A stretch of 64,000 nt of DNA, from positions 30,070,001 through 30,134,000 of the forward strand of contig NW_027266275.1 in assembly GCF_022045235.1 (NCBI RefSeq), in the 5' to 3' direction. Under the pieces are notes generated by a model. The model saw only the letters and a program-made list of their open reading frames with translations, made no database searches and was not told where the DNA came from. This stretch comes from Haliotis cracherodii (Eukaryota). Both the position numbers and the translations under genes were made by a program. This document shows positions 47,942-64,000 of the stretch, piece by piece. The first letter of the stretch is position 1. Each line of letters starts with the position of its first letter.

Positions 47942-50697
47942 GAAGGAGTTTACAAACTCATGCACATGTGGATGAAAGCCACGCCCCTATCACACAGTTC
48001 ACATCAACAGCACCAATAGAAAGCACACATCTCGAACACATTCATGTCATTCATACCAGATCGAATCACCCACAATACAGCAGTCAAGATGGTGGCAAGT
48101 CGCACAACACCAATGTCATTTAACATGTTCTCAGACATATTGTCTTACTATTTCATTACTCAGTTTTTAAAAGAATGTTTAGAACATCAAGAGAACAGCT
48201 GACAAAGTTCTAGACTGGTTGGTCTAAGAGGAATATGAGCAATTCTTAATGAACATTGTTGAAGAAAAGCTTTGTTTCTATGACGACAATGTGATGACCT
48301 ATTTCTTAATCCATCCACCTTTGTCCAATCAGGACACACAGAACAAGCATGTAACACTTAATGCTTACATCAATGTCAGGAATGCACAGGACCAAGTGAA
48401 AGGCAAGATAACTCCATTTTGTATTTCTAATTTTATCTTGATTTGTTATTTTTTAACTTGTAAAAATACTCCAGTTAAAAATATTGGCATTTTACGATCA
48501 CAAAATACAAAACAGAGCTATCTTAAGCCGCCTTCAAGAAAAGGATGAACATAAAATAACAGCAATTTCATTATCAATGACAAACATAAACTGATATGAA
48601 ATGTCTTATAAAAATGATACTCTAGTCAAAGACTCAGTAACGCTAATTGAGCCGTTTTCATTGGGATAACAGTCATGCCATGACCTAACAATGTCAGGGG
48701 TGTATTGCTGCAGGTGCAATACATACTGCCACACTATCATCCTAACCCATACCGAGGTTTCACCAGGTGTTCAGGATCATTCAATACAAATGCAACAAGG
48801 TACTTTTCATTAAGTAAAATATTTTTGATTTTTATTGCATGTAAGGCCTAAAAGCATATAACTATAAATGCAGCAAGGTACTTGATAGTGTAAAACCTTA
48901 TTAACTGTATTAAGTAAGTCTTAAAGGAAAAGTAACAATTGTAATTAGTTTGTAAATTTGTAAAATTTTGCTTTTAATTTGGGGATATAAACGTTGTTTT
49001 TTTTCTTAATGGCTGCTCTGAATTGCTGTATCACCATGGCAATACATCCCTTAACAGTATCCCTTATATCACGTGCAGACAACCAGTTCAATAAAACAAA
49101 AAGCTACAAGATATACAGTGAACAACATAACTGAGAGGAACAACTACCTCTATAAGCCAAACCAAAATTATACACATAGGTAAATAACAGGGGTTAAATA
49201 ATGATAGTTCAAAATCTACAGCCTCAAGTCTTGAGCTAAGGTAAGCCCCATGGGCTTTGCATTATTCTGCAAACATCAACATCTAGGGGTATGAAATACT
49301 TAAATAAATGGAACCAATTGATTGAACTTGACATAATTTATATAGGCAGATATACACAATATATTCTCAAGATATGTAATATGACTGCAAAATCACAGGC
49401 ATTCAAACAATAACCCCATCCAAGAAAGGTCTGTAGGTAGGATTCTTTAAATATTTATCATTGTCTGTGAGTAAAATATCAGGCTGTCACGGTTACTGTT
49501 AAAAATGGATATATTTAAGTACCATATAGGTGAACCTGCATCCTAGTATGATTCAGTCAGGTTCAATCAAGCAGATCTCAGAATATAGGAGTACAGACTC
49601 TAATCTACAGAGCAAGCATATTGCATCTTATCGGCCTTGACTCCACAGCAGAAGAGCTACAACATTTGATCTTCAATACATCTAAAAGATTTCAATAGAA
49701 GGTGAATCTATAAATGATACAGTGAAACAGTCATTTAAATATGACTTCTAAGTGTACACACAGCTAGACACAAAACTGATGGAACTAAACGCGGCGCTTC
49801 TTAGAAGACTGCACCATGAATAAACCAAATTATACAAAATATATGATGATATTATGATGCGAAATACACAGAAGATGTCTCTTCTTATGTCTGACAATGA
49901 GTAACAATTCTTTTAAAAATCAACTCCATATCTTGTCTGTGGATGGAATTTAAGAATATTTGACCACGTGTGCTTAAAAAGCTCCTTCCATGGATCTTAG
50001 TAAATTGGAACAAAATTATACACACAATGTCTTCAAACAGTTTCTGCTTAGCAAGGGATAATGCACAAATATATACAAAGTATTCATACCCGGAAGTCAG
50101 TGAATATTTCAGTGACAACCCCCAAAACGAACAAAAAAAATTCAGAAATGTACAGATCAAAGCGGACTTTTGGTCAGTGGTAGAATGTATTATACCGAGT
50201 GGGAAATATGACCCTCACCAACATGGTTGAGAATATCATGTCTCCCTCAAGGACTGGTCCTTCAAGGCATCACTCCAAACCTCCATTCTTACAGTAAAAA
50301 TCCCTCAGATACATTGGAGTGCAAATATTGTATGTCAATATTAGAAAATGTGGTTTGAAAAGTGTAACCGTACACAGAAAATACCTGAATAAATTTGACA
50401 CATAACTTGATTATACTACATAATCAAATCCGCTAGTGAAAAAGTGAGAGTAATTTTCCACTATTGTGAAGAGACTAACAGCTTGAGCACTATCAGTTGC
50501 ATAGGAAGCAGTTCTCTGCCGAAAGTTAACCAGAAAACTTCAAACATGTCTGCCGAGGCTGGCATTTGTAAATCACAATAAACCTGGTCAATAAGCAGAG
50601 AGAAGGCACACGGAAAGGCACCACACACATTAAGCAGGTCATGCAAGTCTCCGTAGCACCGTAGTTGCAGATGTCATCGTCACTGACGCTGCCCCAG

Positions 50698-61150
<10,453 letters not shown>

Positions 61151-62016
61151 ATTATCTCATATGTTAACATCTTTGACATAGCTTTGAAAATAATTAACAA
61201 CTCATTAACCAGTTCAGAAGGGTTTGTCAAGGAGTTTCCTGTATATTAGAGTCCAGCTTTTCCGGTGTGGCACCGCCAATTAGTTGTCAATATAATCCAA
61301 TCTAAAGGTTGTAATATCTTTAGCAGTTGACAAATACACTCAACGGGGTTGTGTTTTGACACAGATCACGTATTTACACCACACGTGTTTATGTGATGAC
61401 GAGAACACAATAGCTTATCATGGGACAATGGCGGACCTTTCACAACATCACAAACAATGTTTTTAGGTATTTTGTATCATTTAGTCTACACAAACGTTTT
61501 ATACTCCTTTGGGGTATCGTTAATGTAGACTTTATACTTGATATGATTTTAAATAACACAAAGTATGATATAGTTTGGTATGAAATAAAAGGACGCGATC
61601 CAAACGTGAACACCGGTGTCAAATTATTACATGTGGACTATTCAATAGAACAATATAATGCTTGTACATCTTGTCAGTTGGGTTAATTTAAGAAACGATG
61701 GGATCTCTGTTCAGGATTGACATAATCAATGCTATAATAGCAAGTTATTATAGAACTATATACAACTATGGCCCGGGTTCGAAATTCCTTGTATTTTAGT
61801 GTCAATGGCACGGTTAAAGTATCTCAGTCCCTAATGGGCACACTTGTACATGATGGGTTGTTTAAACAACAGTACCTTGAGATAATGCGTGTTAAATGAA
61901 ATGGGTGATAAATGTACTTTCGCACAAGTAAACATGACAAGCACTTGAACATGTGAACATGCTTAATGCAAAGTATGATGCACAAAATAACGTCGTAATT
62001 ATCAACCGCAATGAAC

Positions 62017-62177
62017 AGGGGCGGTGGGGTAGCCCAGTGGTTAAAGCGTTCGCTCGTCACGCCGAAAGTCCGGGCTCGATTCCACACAAGGGTAACAAAG
62101 TGTGAAGCCCACTTCTGGTGTCCCGTGCCGTTATATTGCTGGAATATCGCTAAAGGTGGCATAAAATACAAATCACT
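62017..62177 (+). mobile_element. SINE family A
   Basis: A-box tagcccagtgg, B-box gggctcgattcc; flanking caatgaa duplicated. Confidence 0.88.
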
Positions 62178-62489
62178 CAATGAAGGGGAAATGGAGCAAT
62201 TTAAAAAAAAAATATGACTGCTTATTATTTAGCCTAAGTGAAATGACATTCACGAAGTTAGCAGATGTCTCAAAGGTATTCTAGTTGACACAATTACAGT
62301 TCAAAGGGCACACTGAAACATCTATATGACACGTGGCATCCTTGAAAAAGTTTTCTATCTATCTCTGTAATATGTATACATACAATGTAGTGCATGACAT
62401 GTACCAGCAAACGTCATACCCAGTTGCATTGTTATTACAAATTATACTTAATATCTATTCATAACTGAATATATAATATTATGTGTTGT

Positions 62490-62523
62490 CAGAGACCATA
62501 TACCGATCGGTATATGGTCTCTG
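62490..62523. mobile_element. 34-bp perfect palindrome with 7-bp TSD (TIR-only transposon remnant)
   Basis: gtgttgt|cagagaccatataccga-tcggtatatggtctctg|gtgttgt. Confidence 0.7.
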
Positions 62524-63023
62524 GTGTTGTACTACGACATGTGGCTGTGTTCTTAATGTGTGTGCGTGCTTGGACATAAACATTTAAACGAAATCAATAA
62601 CCAAAAATATTGATAAATGTTCATATTTCTTTAATCTCGATTTAAACATATTTATTTTCACAAAACAGTGAAATACCGCTCCATTACACATAAGACATGA
62701 TACAATAAATACATCAATGAAGGTTAGATTAATTAATTAATTGTACATGCCATGTGTATATATAATAAATATATTTGCAGTTTATATTAAACAATTCATT
62801 TACTTAATTCTTACTTTAATCTCAAGCGACACCTTATTTATTTCATATGTTTCTCATGATGATATATAATGTCATAATTATGCACTCGGTATTATAATAT
62901 ATCTATGCCATGCAATCTCCCCATGCAATCAATGTTAGGAAACTTATAGTATTATTATCTACAAGCTCGACGCAGTGCTATAATATATAATTAGACTAAG
63001 CTGTATAGTGTATTAGATAATGT

Positions 63024-63194
63024 AGGAGCGGTCGGGTAGCCTAGTGGTTAAAGCGTTCGCTCGTCACGCTGAACATCCGGGTTCGATTCCCGACATGGGT
63101 ACAATGTGTGAAGCTCATTTCTGGTGTCCCCCGACGTGATATTGCTGGAATATTGCTGAAAGCGGCGTAAAATCAAACTCACTCACTCACTCAC
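63024..63194 (+). mobile_element. SINE family A
   Basis: Full head and tail; TSD tat(t/g)agataatgt. Confidence 0.9.
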
Positions 63195-63744
63195 TATGAG
63201 ATAATGTTCCATGGTCCGATGACCTAGATTTGTACGAACTAAAGAACTGATATTTCAATACATCTATGTTAATTTTGTAACCTATAATTCTGTTTATGAA
63301 GTTCTGATTGAAAAGTGTTTCCATATGTTTTTTTTTTATAAACCCGGCTGAGTACATACTATGTTATACTCCTTACATATACACACGCTACAAATAATAC
63401 ATTTTCAGTATTCTGACAAAAAAGGAAACAAATCTATTTATACTACTATTAATAAATTGTAGAGACTATAATGTATAAATGAATAAAATGCAGTTCAACT
63501 TCTGATTGATGGCTTTTTTTCGGGCCAGATTGAATATCTGTATATTCTCTGATTTTATTTTGCTTATTTTTCAGATTTGGTGCATTGCTTTTGTCATTAT
63601 GAGAAGTATTTATATAATCATGTACTTGTCGTCTTATTGGTCCCCTTCCCTGTATTTATTATTTGGGAAATACATATTATTTAAACTAGATAGAGTCTTT
63701 GAGTGAAGGCTGGATTGAATAAAATGTTATTGCTTCAAGTTTGA

Positions 63745-63904
63745 GTGTGAGTTTGGTTTTACGCCGCTTTTAGCAATATTCTAGCAATATCACGGCGGGG
63801 GACACCAGAAATAGGCTTCACACATTGTACCCATGTCGGGAATCGAACCCGGGTCTTTGGCGTGACGAGCGAACGCTTTAACCACTAGGCTACCCGACCG
63901 CCCC
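63745..63904 (-). mobile_element. SINE family A
   Basis: TSD cttcaagtttga at 63733-63744 and 63905-63916. Confidence 0.9.
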
Positions 63905-64000
63905 CTTCAAGTTTGAACTCACTTTTCAGTCGATACCATCAATTCATTTCAAAACTAAAAAGGTTTCAATTAAAGTGTGTGTGTCCCCCCTCGTTATACG

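Noticed and set aside
47940-50697. Enrichment of Pumilio-type UGUANAUA sites in the ZCCHC24 3'UTR
   Set aside because: Only one clear site (~50070) was noticed, which is expected by chance in AT-rich sequence.
63024-63100. tRNA gene calls for the SINE heads
   Set aside because: A and B boxes are present, but the heads continue into a shared body and tail with TSDs and I see no complete cloverleaf; these are SINEs.

Overview
Eukaryotic, intron-rich, AT-rich animal genomic DNA; the repeat landscape suggests a mollusc, possibly an abalone-like gastropod (inference). There are two convergent protein-coding genes. (1) MTTP (microsomal triglyceride transfer protein large subunit), + strand: 17 GT-AG exons from the window start to TAA at 17164, about 857 aa, 5' end outside the window. 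(2) ZCCHC24 (CCHC + 3CxxC zinc-finger protein), - strand: 4 core exons at 60856..50698, 261 aa, with a probable 2.8-kb 3'UTR. Introns and the ~30-kb intergenic region contain a decayed Tc1 transposase, two tRNA-derived SINE families with TSDs, several MITE families, Helentron/HINE-like elements, a probable Gypsy pol relic and many satellites. The most notable observations are: five mostly palindromic Penelope-like remnants carrying minimal hammerhead-ribozyme cores, including a compensatory U3:A8 variant; a 12-copy tandem array of an MTTP splice acceptor with two in-frame open alternatives; a 24-nt candidate microexon and an AG|GT site in ZCCHC24; a donor site 3 nt after the MTTP stop; and a perfect 34-bp palindrome flanked by a 7-bp TSD. 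All homology calls come from reading and recalled sequences; no searches were run.
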